Shown here: piece after piece, positions 40,489-50,781 of the stretch
Numbering within the stretch: the stretch's first letter is position 1
Layout: each line of letters opens with the position of its first letter
Assembly: GCA_944386605.1 (NCBI GenBank)
Contig: CALXBS010000002.1
Location: 6,551 to 70,550 of the forward strand
DNA: 64,000 nucleotides
Direction: 5' to 3'
Source: an uncultured Clostridia bacterium
Lineage (GTDB): Bacteria > Bacillota > Clostridia > TANB77 > CAG-465
Notes under the pieces: generated by a model
What the model saw: the letters and a program-made list of their open reading frames with translations, nothing else
What the model was told of the DNA's origin: nothing
The model's database searches: none
Made by a program: the position numbers and the translations under genes

Positions 40489-41226
40489 TTATATAACCAT
40501 TCCTCCGTTAGGACTAATGACTTGTCCTGTTATATAGCTTGCTTCATCCGAAGCTAAAAATCTAACGACCGTTGCTACTTCCTCAGGACTGCCAAAACGG
40601 CTTAGTGGAATTTCTTCTTTTAATGCTTCACATTCTTCTTCTGTAAGCTTTTGATTCATATCCGTTTGAATGACACCAGGTGTAACTGCATTGACTCTAA
40701 TATTCGAAAGACCTAATTCTTTTGCAAGTGCTTTTGTCATACCAATGATGGCAGCCTTAGAAGTAGAATAATTTACCTCACATGAAGCTCCCACCATCCC
40801 CCAAATAGAAGAAATATTAATAATACTTCCTGACTTTTGGTGAAGCATATATTTTTTTAAAGCACTTTGTGTTACATGAAATGTTCCAGCAACCGTTACA
40901 TCTAGCATTTCATTTAAATCTTGTTCTGTAATATCAGTAAATAGTTTATACTCACAAATTCCAGCGTTATTTACAACAACATCCAAAGAACCAAATGTAG
41001 AAAGAACACTATCTATCATGTTATCTACTTCTTTTCTAGAAGAAATATCCGCCCCATAAATCATACAAGAAACGCCTTGTTCTTGCAATTCTTCTTGCAG
41101 TTTTTTGGCTAAATCAAAAGAAGTATGATAATGAATACAAATTTGATATTCTTGTTTTGCAAATTCATAAGCAATGGCTCTTCCAATTCCCTTTGCTGCT
41201 CCTGTTATTAATACTGTTTTTTTCAT
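40489..41226 (-). CDS. SDR-family oxidoreductase (3-oxoacyl-ACP reductase-like)
   Basis: TGAAKGIGRAIA...NNAGI...YSTSKAAIIGMTKALAKEL. Confidence 0.85.
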   Translation of the reverse strand: MKKTVLITGAAKGIGRAIAYEFAKQEYQICIHYHTSFDLAKKLQEELQEQGVSCMIYGADISSRKEVDNMIDSVLSTFGSLDVVVNNAGICEYKLFTDITEQDLNEMLDVTVAGTFHVTQSALKKYMLHQKSGSIINISSIWGMVGASCEVNYSTSKAAIIGMTKALAKELGLSNIRVNAVTPGVIQTDMNQKLTEEECEALKEEIPLSRFGSPEEVATVVRFLASDEASYITGQVISPNGGMVI

Positions 41227-42257
41227 ACCTTATCACTCTTTTCTTTTTTCTTAATCATCACCATAATCATAGCTCCCGCAATAATTGGTAAATAAAATGT
41301 GTACATTCTCCAAAATAGTATTCCCATATTGATCGTCTCAGGGGTAAAAAACTTTTTAAATAATATTAAGAATCCACCTTCTGCAGCAATTCCAGCCCCT
41401 GGGATAGGTACAAAAGCCATTACCATACTTAAGAAAGCTTGTGCTGATAAAATCTTAATAAAAGGAACTCCCCCTAAACCAAAAGATCGGTATACCATAT
41501 AGGTAACGGAGAAAAAGACTGTATGTTCTATAATAGAAAGAATAACTAATTGTAATGTCATCTTCTTTTCCTTTTTCAAAAGCTTGAAATTATCATGAAA
41601 TTTTCCTAAACTCTCTTTTAAATGTTCAAGCTTTTGATCTACATTTTTTAATAATTTTATTTTTCCTAAAAGGCGAATTCCAAAACTAGCAAGTTTAAAT
41701 ACAAACTCTTGATTAACACCTACTAGAATTAAAAATATAATGACTGCTAAATTTACCAAAAATCCAATTAAAGCTAGATTCATAAAATTGCTAACAAGTC
41801 CTTTAAAATAGGAAAATTGGAATACAATAATCATAAAAGTATATATTACAAGCGTAATTTGATAAATTAAAAATCGAATCAAAAGAATACTTGCACTATC
41901 ACTTACACTTTTACCTTCTCTTACAAGAGATACCGCTTGCATAGGTTGGCCTCCTGAAGAAAACGGGGTTAAACAGTTAAATAATTGTCCTATCATCGTA
42001 ACACGAAAACTATTTCTAAAACTTTGATTAGGATACATTTTCTTAGAAATAATATATAAATTTAAAGTTTCCATAAGCCAATAGATCAGCATACAAACAA
42101 GACCTAAGATCATCCATGTAATCTCTACATTTTGAAGTACCATTGCAATATTATCTATCCCATCTACTTTAATTACATAAAATAATAGCCCTAAAAATAC
42201 GGCTATAATAAACCCTATATTAAACGCCATTTTTATCCATTGTTTTTTATTTTTCAT
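41223..42257 (-). CDS. UPF0104/flippase-like domain membrane protein (MprF transmembrane-domain family)
   Basis: 8 TM; R.....GQLFNCLTPFSSGGQPMQA motif. Confidence 0.75.
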   Translation of the reverse strand: MKNKKQWIKMAFNIGFIIAVFLGLLFYVIKVDGIDNIAMVLQNVEITWMILGLVCMLIYWLMETLNLYIISKKMYPNQSFRNSFRVTMIGQLFNCLTPFSSGGQPMQAVSLVREGKSVSDSASILLIRFLIYQITLVIYTFMIIVFQFSYFKGLVSNFMNLALIGFLVNLAVIIFLILVGVNQEFVFKLASFGIRLLGKIKLLKNVDQKLEHLKESLGKFHDNFKLLKKEKKMTLQLVILSIIEHTVFFSVTYMVYRSFGLGGVPFIKILSAQAFLSMVMAFVPIPGAGIAAEGGFLILFKKFFTPETINMGILFWRMYTFYLPIIAGAMIMVMIKKKEKSDKV

Positions 42258-42354
42258 TTTCTTACTCCATACTTTTTATATCCAAATTTTACTTTATAGT
42301 ATATCCATTTTGCACTTTTTTATTATAGCATATAACGATTCTTAGTGCAATAAG

Positions 42355-42392
42355 ATAACGTGTATATTACAAAAGCGTAACATACACGTTAT
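42355..42392 (-). terminator. 11-bp-stem hairpin directly after the coiled-coil protein gene (weak U-tract)
   Basis: ataacgtgtat-gttacgcttttgta-atacacgttat. Confidence 0.35.
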
Positions 42393-42400
42393 AACTTCTT

Positions 42401-44668
42401 TTATACAATTTCTGGAGGCTCTTCCTCTTCTCTTGCTGGTTGCTCTTCTTCTACATGTTTCTTTGCTTGATATTTTGGATCATATTTTTCAAAATATTCT
42501 TTTTGTACATCTTCTGTTGCAAATTTTTGTATTTTTCTATCTCCAGGATTCCATTTTCCAAGTCCAATCATGATATTAATTTCTTCTGCAGTTAATAGTT
42601 CACTTGGTTGAATAGCTTCCCCACGATCCATTTTTCCTCTTAAATCATTTACTTTTTTCTGAATTCCAACAGTACTATCATCTACTCTATCTTGAGCAGC
42701 AGCTAAAGAAACAGGATCAACTCTAATGGTTGTAGGATTATTATCTGCAGTAAGTGCTTCTAGTCTATCTCCATTATTAATATAATACATATACTGAGCA
42801 TATTCTTCAAAAGAAAGCTTTTCTCCATTATCTAATTTATCTTTGATACTTTGTGCAAATTCTTCTTTTATTCTTTGATACTCTCTATCAATTTTTTGTT
42901 GCTTTTCATCTGCTCTTTCGTCATCCCCTCTTGTTTGTCCCCCTAATTCTTCTTCAAAACTACCTTGTTCACGTGATTCTCTACTATATGGCATCGTTTT
43001 TACTCTAGCAGACATTTCTTTTATTTTCTCCATTTGTGCAAATCCTTTTCCAGTTCTTACAACATCTCCAAAGATACGATCAAATGCTTTTTCACTATCT
43101 GCAAGCCTTACTTGCACATCTGCAATAAGTTCTTTCCTCTCTTTTTTCTCTTCTGATGTTAAATTAGGATCATTTAAAGATGTTTGTAACTCTCTTATCT
43201 CTTTTAATCTTTCTTTTCTTTGTTCTTCATGTCTTGTCAAAGCATCTTCTATTAATCTTTTAGCACTAGTATCTAAAGAATCATAATCAAATAATGCTGG
43301 AGCATTTTTACTCGTTGACATACCAAATAGGCTTCTTCTAACAGGATCAATATATTTTTTTAATTTATCATACTCTTCACTATGAACATCTACGCCTAGT
43401 ACTTCTGATAATGGATATCTTCCATCTGGTTTTCTACGAGCTTTTTCTACTTTCATAACATATGCTTTATACTTCGTTTCTATATTTTTAGAATAAGTTT
43501 CTAACAAAGCACGATCCGTCTTTGAAAGCTTTCCACCTTCACTTAATAATTTTTCAGTTGCTTCTTCAACAGTTTTTAATTCACCATTTTTTAAGGCTTT
43601 TGCTCTATCCATGTCATTTAATTCACTATATTTTTTAATAATATCTAATGCTTTTGTTACATCCAAAGTGCCTTCATAAGCAAGTAAATATTCAATTTTT
43701 TCTAATGGTTCCTCTTGCTCGGGTTGTTCAGAAGAATCTCTTTGCGGATTTTCCTGTTGTCTTTGTTGTCCAGTCTGGCCTTCAGCAGTTCTTGTAGTAC
43801 TTGCTTGTTGTGGCATAGCACCCCCAACAAAAGGAATTGAATATCCTCCCATAGCAGGTTGTTGCATTCCTTGAGCACTTCTTTGTTGTGCTCCTGTTCC
43901 TGCTCCAGCGCCCGTATCTGCACTAGGCTCTTGTCCTTCATCTTGTTCTCTTTCTCCTGAATCACCGCTTTGTCTGCCAGCTCCACGCTCTCCGCCGTTT
44001 TCTCTTTCATTTTTCTTTTTTTGCAAACTATTTTTTACCATTGGCTCTTTTGGATGGAAAATCCCATCAGCAATTTCGTTTAAATTGGTTTTTTGTCTAT
44101 TCATTTTATCGCCAAATGTATGTAATTCTTTTTTAATAAATCCTAATTGTTGATCAAATTGATCTGTTAAAAAAGTTTGATACTGTGTCAATTCCGCAAG
44201 TTCTTTTTCTAGTTCTGCTCTTTTAGGATCATCTGCTTCCATTCCTTCTAAATCAGAATTAATTTGTTCAATTCTTTGTGTTGTTGTATTTAATTCTTGC
44301 TCTTTTGCTTCCATATATTTTCTTAGATTTTCTTCTTCTTGTCTTTTTAATTCTTGTTTTTCTTCAAAAAAAGCTTCTGCTTTTGCCTTTAATTGTTTAT
44401 AAAAATCTCCTTCAGGATCTGTAAATTCCTTCATAATTTTTTGGTATTCTTCATCAGGAAGCCTAGTTAATTTTTGATCCTCTTCTTTTCCTTCATTTAA
44501 TTCTGCAAGTTTTTGTTCTTTTGCAACATTTACTTTTTCATGAAGTTCTTTTTTTAGTTTAAACATACTCTGTACTTCACTATATAATTTTTCATGTGTT
44601 TTCTTTAAATTCTTTACACTTGCCTCCATTTGTACTTTTAAATTAGAAGCAGTTCCATTTTCTTCCAT
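42401..44668 (-). CDS. hypothetical acidic coiled-coil protein with central Gly/Gln/Ala-rich low-complexity region (755 aa from ATG 44668)
   Basis: No TM or signal peptide. Heptad-like E/K/Q-rich N-terminal third. Central GERGAGRQSGDSGEREQDEGQEPSADTGAGAGTGAQQRSAQGMQQPAMGG segment. GGAGG RBS sits 8 nt before ATG; the track ORF starts at an upstream TTG. Confidence 0.55.
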   Translation of the reverse strand: MEENGTASNLKVQMEASVKNLKKTHEKLYSEVQSMFKLKKELHEKVNVAKEQKLAELNEGKEEDQKLTRLPDEEYQKIMKEFTDPEGDFYKQLKAKAEAFFEEKQELKRQEEENLRKYMEAKEQELNTTTQRIEQINSDLEGMEADDPKRAELEKELAELTQYQTFLTDQFDQQLGFIKKELHTFGDKMNRQKTNLNEIADGIFHPKEPMVKNSLQKKKNERENGGERGAGRQSGDSGEREQDEGQEPSADTGAGAGTGAQQRSAQGMQQPAMGGYSIPFVGGAMPQQASTTRTAEGQTGQQRQQENPQRDSSEQPEQEEPLEKIEYLLAYEGTLDVTKALDIIKKYSELNDMDRAKALKNGELKTVEEATEKLLSEGGKLSKTDRALLETYSKNIETKYKAYVMKVEKARRKPDGRYPLSEVLGVDVHSEEYDKLKKYIDPVRRSLFGMSTSKNAPALFDYDSLDTSAKRLIEDALTRHEEQRKERLKEIRELQTSLNDPNLTSEEKKERKELIADVQVRLADSEKAFDRIFGDVVRTGKGFAQMEKIKEMSARVKTMPYSRESREQGSFEEELGGQTRGDDERADEKQQKIDREYQRIKEEFAQSIKDKLDNGEKLSFEEYAQYMYYINNGDRLEALTADNNPTTIRVDPVSLAAAQDRVDDSTVGIQKKVNDLRGKMDRGEAIQPSELLTAEEINIMIGLGKWNPGDRKIQKFATEDVQKEYFEKYDPKYQAKKHVEEEQPAREEEEPPEIV

Positions 44669-44689
44669 TTTCAATTCCTCCTAACACTT

Positions 44690-44809
44690 TTAATAAACCA
44701 GTTCTTTTAACGAAGCAATGAATTCATTAAATTCATTATCCACTTCTTCTATTTTTTCATAGCTTTTTTCTATTTCCTTAAATTTTAGCTCTATTTCTTC
44801 AACTGACAT
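44690..44809 (-). CDS. 39-aa helical E/K-rich peptide, first gene of the coiled-coil protein operon
   Basis: My translation: MSVEEIELKFKEIEKSYEKIEEVDNEFNEFIASLKELVY. RBS ggaaggtgg sits 9 nt before ATG. Its stop overlaps the RBS of the downstream gene. Not in the ORF track (below 60 aa). Confidence 0.35.
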   Translation of the reverse strand: MSVEEIELKFKEIEKSYEKIEEVDNEFNEFIASLKELVY

Positions 44810-44853
44810 ACTCACATACCACCTTCCACTCATTTGAAACATTTCTATTTAAT

Positions 44854-44882
44854 ATTATAATATATGCAAAAAAAAATGTCAA
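44854..44882 (-). promoter_or_regulatory. perfect consensus sigma-A promoter (-35 TTGACA, 17-bp spacer containing T9, -10 TATAAT) driving the small-peptide/coiled-coil operon
   Basis: Minus-strand read: ttgaca-tttttttttgcatatat-tataat. Confidence 0.6.
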
Positions 44883-44919
44883 CACTATATAAGTGTGACA
44901 TTACTAATTTACATAATTT

Positions 44920-45921
44920 TTAACTATTTTTTTGATAATTCCAACTATCTCTACACATATCTTCTAGACTCCTAGTTGCAACAAAATCTAACTCTTCTTT
45001 AGCTTTTGTTGGATCTGCATAACAAACAGCAATATCTCCAGCACGTCTTGGCGCAATTTTATATGGCACTTTTACATGATTTGCATTTTCAAAAGCTTTT
45101 ACCATATCTAAAACACTATAACCTACACCCGTTCCTAAATTATAGATATGTAATCCTTGATGATCTTTTCTTAATTTTTCAAGTGCTTTAAAATGGCCAA
45201 TTGCAAGGTCAACGACATGGATATAATCTCTTACACCTGTTCCATCTTTTGTATCATAATCATTTCCAAAAATAGATAATTCTTTTAAGCTACCTGCTGC
45301 TACCCTTGCAATATATGGCATTAAATTTGCTGGAATTCCTTTTGGTTCTTCTCCTATTAAGCCACTTTCATGAGCACCTACAGGATTAAAATATCTTAAA
45401 ATAGCAATATTCCATTCAGGATCTGAATGATATAAGTCTTTTAAAATTTGTTCTACCATATATTTAGAAGTTCCGTATGGATTGGTTGTTCCTCCTGTTT
45501 TTGTTTCCTCTGTAATAGGTACCTTTTCAGGATCTCCATATACTGTTGCAGAAGAACTAAATACCAATGTTTTAACACCATGTTTTTTCATTGTATTTAA
45601 TAGCACAAGCACGGTAGATACATTGTTTATATAATATTCTACAGGTTTTTGAACAGATTCTCCTACTGCTTTATATGCTGCAAAATCGATCACCGCTTCT
45701 ATATGATTTTCTGTAAAAATTTTATGAAGCACGGTTTCATCTATCATATCTCCTTCATAAAATCGGAATTCTTTTCCTGTAATTTCTTTAATTTTATCTA
45801 ATACTTCCGGTTTGCTATTAGAAAAATTATCTAATAATACCAAATCTTCTCCTTGTTTTAATAATTCTACGCTTGTATGTGAGCCTATATATCCAGCTCC
45901 TCCTGTAATTAATATTGACAT
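44920..45921 (-). CDS. galE: UDP-glucose 4-epimerase
   Basis: [13 protein letters not shown]...; [10 protein letters not shown] (YxxxK); 333 aa. Confidence 0.9.
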   Translation of the reverse strand: MSILITGGAGYIGSHTSVELLKQGEDLVLLDNFSNSKPEVLDKIKEITGKEFRFYEGDMIDETVLHKIFTENHIEAVIDFAAYKAVGESVQKPVEYYINNVSTVLVLLNTMKKHGVKTLVFSSSATVYGDPEKVPITEETKTGGTTNPYGTSKYMVEQILKDLYHSDPEWNIAILRYFNPVGAHESGLIGEEPKGIPANLMPYIARVAAGSLKELSIFGNDYDTKDGTGVRDYIHVVDLAIGHFKALEKLRKDHQGLHIYNLGTGVGYSVLDMVKAFENANHVKVPYKIAPRRAGDIAVCYADPTKAKEELDFVATRSLEDMCRDSWNYQKNS

Positions 45922-45933
45922 AGTTTTCCTCCT

Positions 45934-47067
45934 TTAATTATCTTTATGAAATAATCCTTTCCACAAAGTCTTGATATGGGAAGCAAAAAATTGTTCTGCT
46001 TTTTTTCTTGCTAAATTCCCTATTTCTACTCTTTGAACACGATCTTCAATTAATTCATTTATTTTTTTAGCCATTTCAACTTTGCTTCTATCTTTAATTA
46101 AAAATCCGTCTTCTTGATCTGAAATAATTTCTTTTGGCCCTACTTCAATCTCATAGCTAACACATGGTAAATAATGTGCCATTGCTTCTACTAATCCTAA
46201 TGAAAAACTTTCTGTAACAGAAGTTAAGGCAAAAATAGCAGAATGATTTAACTCTTCCTCTATTTTCTCACCAGAAAGCCTTCCTGTTAAAATCACTTTA
46301 TCATTTAGTCCTAATTCTTTTATCATTTTTTCTAGTTTTTTTCTTTGGCTACCTTCTCCTATTATTTTTAAAGTCCAATCTGGATGTTCTTTTTGTACCA
46401 AATGAAACACTTCAATCAATGCTGGGAAATCTTTTACTTCCTCTAATCTTCCAATGCTAATAATTTGTTTACTATTTAAATCAATGTTTACTTCTTCTTT
46501 TGGATCTTCTATCATATTCGGAATGTACATGACTCTAGGCCTTTTTTTACATTCCTTTAGCCAAAGGTCATATTGTTCCTTTGCCTTTTTGGTCATCACA
46601 ATTAAATAATCTACATGAGAAAACGATTTGGTTACCTTCCTTTTATAAGAAGGGGTATTGATGTAGGAATGCTCTTGAGAAATGATTACAATATCATCTC
46701 GTTTAAATTGCTTAGAAAATTCAATACGTGAAGATACCAAATAATTGGTATCAATCTCTTCTACAATTTTTCCAATATGAAAATATCTTGTATATAGTAG
46801 TTTGATAGATTTTTTTAGTTCTTTAAAAAACTTTCCTATCTGCACCTTTTTAAGAGCTTGTAAAAGTTCTTTTTGATTAGGGCCATAAGGCAAAATGTAT
46901 TTTACTTTTACTCTTGGATCCAAAGGATAGAAACTTTTTCCCAATATATCATAAATCGATACAATTTCCACTTCATATTCATCTACTAAGCTATTTGCAA
47001 GTGTGGTGACTTGCCTTTCAATTCCACCATAGTTTAAATGCAATACTAAAAAAGTAACTTTTTCCAT
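45934..47067 (-). CDS. GT4-family glycosyltransferase
   Basis: GT-B fold; C-terminal E..GFSLGLVEAMAHYLPCVS. Confidence 0.82.
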   Translation of the reverse strand: MEKVTFLVLHLNYGGIERQVTTLANSLVDEYEVEIVSIYDILGKSFYPLDPRVKVKYILPYGPNQKELLQALKKVQIGKFFKELKKSIKLLYTRYFHIGKIVEEIDTNYLVSSRIEFSKQFKRDDIVIISQEHSYINTPSYKRKVTKSFSHVDYLIVMTKKAKEQYDLWLKECKKRPRVMYIPNMIEDPKEEVNIDLNSKQIISIGRLEEVKDFPALIEVFHLVQKEHPDWTLKIIGEGSQRKKLEKMIKELGLNDKVILTGRLSGEKIEEELNHSAIFALTSVTESFSLGLVEAMAHYLPCVSYEIEVGPKEIISDQEDGFLIKDRSKVEMAKKINELIEDRVQRVEIGNLARKKAEQFFASHIKTLWKGLFHKDN

Positions 47068-47070
47068 TTT

Positions 47071-48018
47071 TTACCCCTCTTTTATATTTATTTTTTCTTT
47101 AATAATATATTGTGGTCTACACTTGCTTTCTGCATAAATATGAGAAATGTATTTTGCCATAATCCAAATGGAAATTAATTGTACACCTGCAAAAAAAGTA
47201 ATACTTACCATTAAAGATGTCCAACCAACCGTTAAATTTCCAAATTCAAAAATATAGGAAAGTAAAGCATAAATTAACACAATAATGGAAATGGCAATGG
47301 AAATAACACCAATCCCTCCAATAATTTCAAGAGGTTTTGTAGAAAATCCAATAATTCCATCTGTAGCAAGTTTTAACATTTTTTTCAAAGGATATTTTGT
47401 TTTTCCAGCAAAACGTTCTTGTCTTTCATATTCATAAGGAATTTGCTCAAATCCGGTCCAACTAAAAAGACCACGTAAAAATTTATTGTGTTCTGGTAAA
47501 GAATTAATTACTTCAATTACCTTTCGATCTACTAATCTAAAATCCCCTGTATCTTTTGGAATTTCTACATCTGATAATAAATTTAATGCTTTATAAAACA
47601 TGCTAGCACTTAATAGCTTAAAAGTAGATTCTCCTTTTCTTTTCTTCCTTTTTCCATAAATAATATCGTTACCCTGCTCCCATAAACTTAACATTTCAGG
47701 TAATAATTCAGGTGGATCTTGTAAATCTGCATCAATAATTAAAATTGCGTCCCCTGTTACATATTTTAAACCTGCAGTAACCGCATTTTGATGTCCAAAA
47801 TTTCGAGAAAAAGAAAGAATTTTCACTTGTTCATCTTGTGTAGCAAGTGTCTTTAAGATTTTTAAAGTTTGATCCTTGCTTCCATCATTAATAAAAATAA
47901 ACTCATGTTGATATTTATTTTTTAATGCTTCACAAACTTTTTTTAATCTATGATAGCATTCCTCTACTACCTCTTCTTCGTTGTATACAGGAATTACTAC
48001 CGATATTTTTTTATTCAT
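47071..48018 (-). CDS. GtrB/CsbB-like GT2 polyprenol-phosphate sugar transferase
   Basis: ISVVIPVYNEE...NDGSKD...DADLQDPPE; two C-terminal TM helices. Confidence 0.85.
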   Translation of the reverse strand: MNKKISVVIPVYNEEEVVEECYHRLKKVCEALKNKYQHEFIFINDGSKDQTLKILKTLATQDEQVKILSFSRNFGHQNAVTAGLKYVTGDAILIIDADLQDPPELLPEMLSLWEQGNDIIYGKRKKRKGESTFKLLSASMFYKALNLLSDVEIPKDTGDFRLVDRKVIEVINSLPEHNKFLRGLFSWTGFEQIPYEYERQERFAGKTKYPLKKMLKLATDGIIGFSTKPLEIIGGIGVISIAISIIVLIYALLSYIFEFGNLTVGWTSLMVSITFFAGVQLISIWIMAKYISHIYAESKCRPQYIIKEKINIKEG

Positions 48019-48044
48019 AAACTTCTCTCCTTAGTTTTCATTTT

Positions 48045-49841
48045 CTAACTATGTTCCACTAATTCCTCTTTTTTGCGAAAAACAATGTATTTACTCATAA
48101 AATAGTTGGCAATAATCACAATCACATTAGACAATACTTTTACCAATATATCATTAAAAGCAAATAAGGTAATTCCAACAAACATGACTACCATATCGAT
48201 TCCAAGTGATAATATTCGTACAATTAAAAAAGTAATAAATTCCTTAGAATTTTCTTTTTTAGATTTATTTTTACTATCAAAAACATATAATTTGTTGGTA
48301 ATATAAGCAACAAGTACCGCTAAAATCCATGCAATCACATTACTTACAAGATAATTTACATGAAAAATACTTGCTAAAACTCCATAAGTTACTACATTAA
48401 TAACCGTTGTGATACCGCCAAATAATAAATAAAGTAAAACAGGTCCTTTTTTCTCATCTTTGCATAATCTAATATATTCTGTTCCTAATAATATTCCAGC
48501 TACACATAATGTTAACATATTAATATATTGATACCTATAATCCGGTGCAGGAATTGCTGGAAGTAAACTAATTGCGTTAAAAATCATTGGCACCAGCACA
48601 AGCAAATACTTCTTATTATTTTTTAATTTACAAACAATTGCTATCAAAATAATACTTAAATATAGCTGAACTGCTGGCGTATAAAATAATAATCTTGTAA
48701 TTTTATTTTCTTGTGTCCATTCAAAGAATTGTACATAAGTTTCGTATAGCTTTTGAGATATTGGCCTTGTTTCAAAACTATAGCTTTCTGCAACATCATT
48801 TGTAACCGCTCCAATATACGGAAGATTTGGTTGTCTTACATCCCAAATAATTTTGGTTAAATTAAAATAATGTTTGATAATTGTCATTGGATTTTGAAGG
48901 GCATATTTTATAACAATTTCTTTTAAAGCTGTTCCATTCTCTTCTAAAGCCTTTTCATTTAACTCCTCACAAAATATAATGGTATTATGTGTAATAGGGG
49001 TATAATTATTTTTCCAAATTTCTATATCTAATATCTCATTTAATACTTCTAAATCTGCTTCATCAGTGATATCACCATTTGCTAATAATGCTCCTGTCAT
49101 ATGCAAGAAAACACCTTGTGTATATTTGGTATTTCCTTCTTGTATTGGTAATAATTTTTCTGGTAATTTTCCAATGATTAATAATATCAAAAACATCAAT
49201 GCAAAACATACATATTTTTTAAAATATTTTTTTCGTAATGCATGGAAAAATAAAATAAGCATAGTAAGTCCAATAATCACTAATCCATTATGACGAATCA
49301 GACAAATACAGACAAATAAAATAGCTAATATGACATATTCATATTTTTTAAATTTAAAATCAATTTTAATTCCTTTTAAAATATAATAAGCAAATAATAA
49401 TAAACTAAAACTATATAAAATATCTTTCCATAAAGTAACCGAATATAAGAAATTAACAGGGATAATACAGATGACAATGCACATTGCAAGTTGTACTATT
49501 TTTAACCATATATTATCCTCTTTTTCTCTTGTCACTTTACAAATGAGCGTTAAAGCAATTGCAAACACTAAAATTTGAACAATAGCAATCATAGTAGGAC
49601 TATTCCAAATTCTAGTAATCAAAAATTCTAAAAATGTATGAAAAATAGGATGCCATGGATGATAAATACCCGTTTGTGTTTGTTCCCATTGTACATTGCT
49701 ATCTGCCGTCATAATAGCAGGATAAAAAGCGATTAAAACTCCTCCGAGTATCATGCAAATTGTTACAAATATTAAAATGTCAAACCATTCTATTTTTTTT
49801 ACTTTTTCTAGGATTGCAATCTTGTTATTTTCGTTTTCCAT
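48045..49841 (-). CDS. polytopic membrane protein: N-terminal GT-C-like/YfhO-like domain fused to C-terminal GtrA-family domain
   Basis: About 11 predicted helices in the first 450 aa. The last about 130 aa show the GtrA-like four-helix pattern (GGITTVINVVTYGVLA...NKLYVF...IVRILSLGIDMV). Confidence 0.6.
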   Translation of the reverse strand: MENENNKIAILEKVKKIEWFDILIFVTICMILGGVLIAFYPAIMTADSNVQWEQTQTGIYHPWHPIFHTFLEFLITRIWNSPTMIAIVQILVFAIALTLICKVTREKEDNIWLKIVQLAMCIVICIIPVNFLYSVTLWKDILYSFSLLLFAYYILKGIKIDFKFKKYEYVILAILFVCICLIRHNGLVIIGLTMLILFFHALRKKYFKKYVCFALMFLILLIIGKLPEKLLPIQEGNTKYTQGVFLHMTGALLANGDITDEADLEVLNEILDIEIWKNNYTPITHNTIIFCEELNEKALEENGTALKEIVIKYALQNPMTIIKHYFNLTKIIWDVRQPNLPYIGAVTNDVAESYSFETRPISQKLYETYVQFFEWTQENKITRLLFYTPAVQLYLSIILIAIVCKLKNNKKYLLVLVPMIFNAISLLPAIPAPDYRYQYINMLTLCVAGILLGTEYIRLCKDEKKGPVLLYLLFGGITTVINVVTYGVLASIFHVNYLVSNVIAWILAVLVAYITNKLYVFDSKNKSKKENSKEFITFLIVRILSLGIDMVVMFVGITLFAFNDILVKVLSNVIVIIANYFMSKYIVFRKKEELVEHS

Positions 49842-49853
49842 TTTAAAATCCTC

Positions 49854-50780
49854 CTATTTTTTGTTATTAATGGTTCTTAAAATTTCAAGCAATTCTTTAT
49901 GCTGTCTTACAACGGTATCTAATATCACTCCTATTGCAAAAGAAAGTATTGCACAAATCATTACCCCTACCGCAAGGATCGCACTAGGAAATTTTAAAAC
50001 AAGTCCTGTTTTTACATATTCTACAATAACAGGAATTCCAATTCCTAGAGAAATAACAAATAATATAAAAGCAATAATTAAGAAAAATGCCATTGGCTTA
50101 TAATTTTTAAACATTTTAAAAATGGTAAATAAAACTTTAAAACCATCTCGAAATGTATTTAATTTAGAGGTGCTTCCCTTTGGCCTATCTCTATAATCAA
50201 TTGGTACCTCTACAATACTATAGTTCCTATCTAAAGCATGAATGGTCATTTCTGTTTCAATTTCAAAACCTTTACTAAGAATAGGAAAATTTTTAACATA
50301 ATCTCTATTAAATACACGATATCCTGTCATAATATCTTTTAATTTGGTTCTAAATAAAAAGTTAATACTAAATTTTACCAAGTTGTTTCCAAAATCATGA
50401 AAATGTCTTTTGTTTTCCTGTGTATAAGTTCCATTTGAAAGTCTATCTCCAATTGCCATATCTGCTCTTCCAGAACGCACTTCTTCAATCAAACCATGCA
50501 CTTGATTTGCAGGATAGGTATTATCTCCATCTACCATAACATAAATATCTGCTTCTATATCACGAAACATAGAACGAATAACATTTCCTTTTCCTTGTTT
50601 ATATTCATTTACTACAATTGCTCCTGCTTTTTTCGCAATTTTAGCAGTTTTATCTTTCGAGTTATTGTTATAAACATAGATATCTGCATTTGGTAATTCT
50701 TTTTTAAAATCCTTAACTACTTTTTCTATGGTTAATTCTTCATTATAGCAAGGAATTAATACTGCAATTTTTTCTTCCAT
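49854..50780 (-). CDS. second GtrB/CsbB-like GT2 polyprenol-phosphate sugar transferase
   Basis: IAVLIPCYNEE...NNNSKDKT...VDGDNTYP. Start at the internal ATG with an AGGAGG RBS; the track start at 50810 is upstream. Confidence 0.85.
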   Translation of the reverse strand: MEEKIAVLIPCYNEELTIEKVVKDFKKELPNADIYVYNNNSKDKTAKIAKKAGAIVVNEYKQGKGNVIRSMFRDIEADIYVMVDGDNTYPANQVHGLIEEVRSGRADMAIGDRLSNGTYTQENKRHFHDFGNNLVKFSINFLFRTKLKDIMTGYRVFNRDYVKNFPILSKGFEIETEMTIHALDRNYSIVEVPIDYRDRPKGSTSKLNTFRDGFKVLFTIFKMFKNYKPMAFFLIIAFILFVISLGIGIPVIVEYVKTGLVLKFPSAILAVGVMICAILSFAIGVILDTVVRQHKELLEILRTINNKK

Positions 50781-50781
50781 A

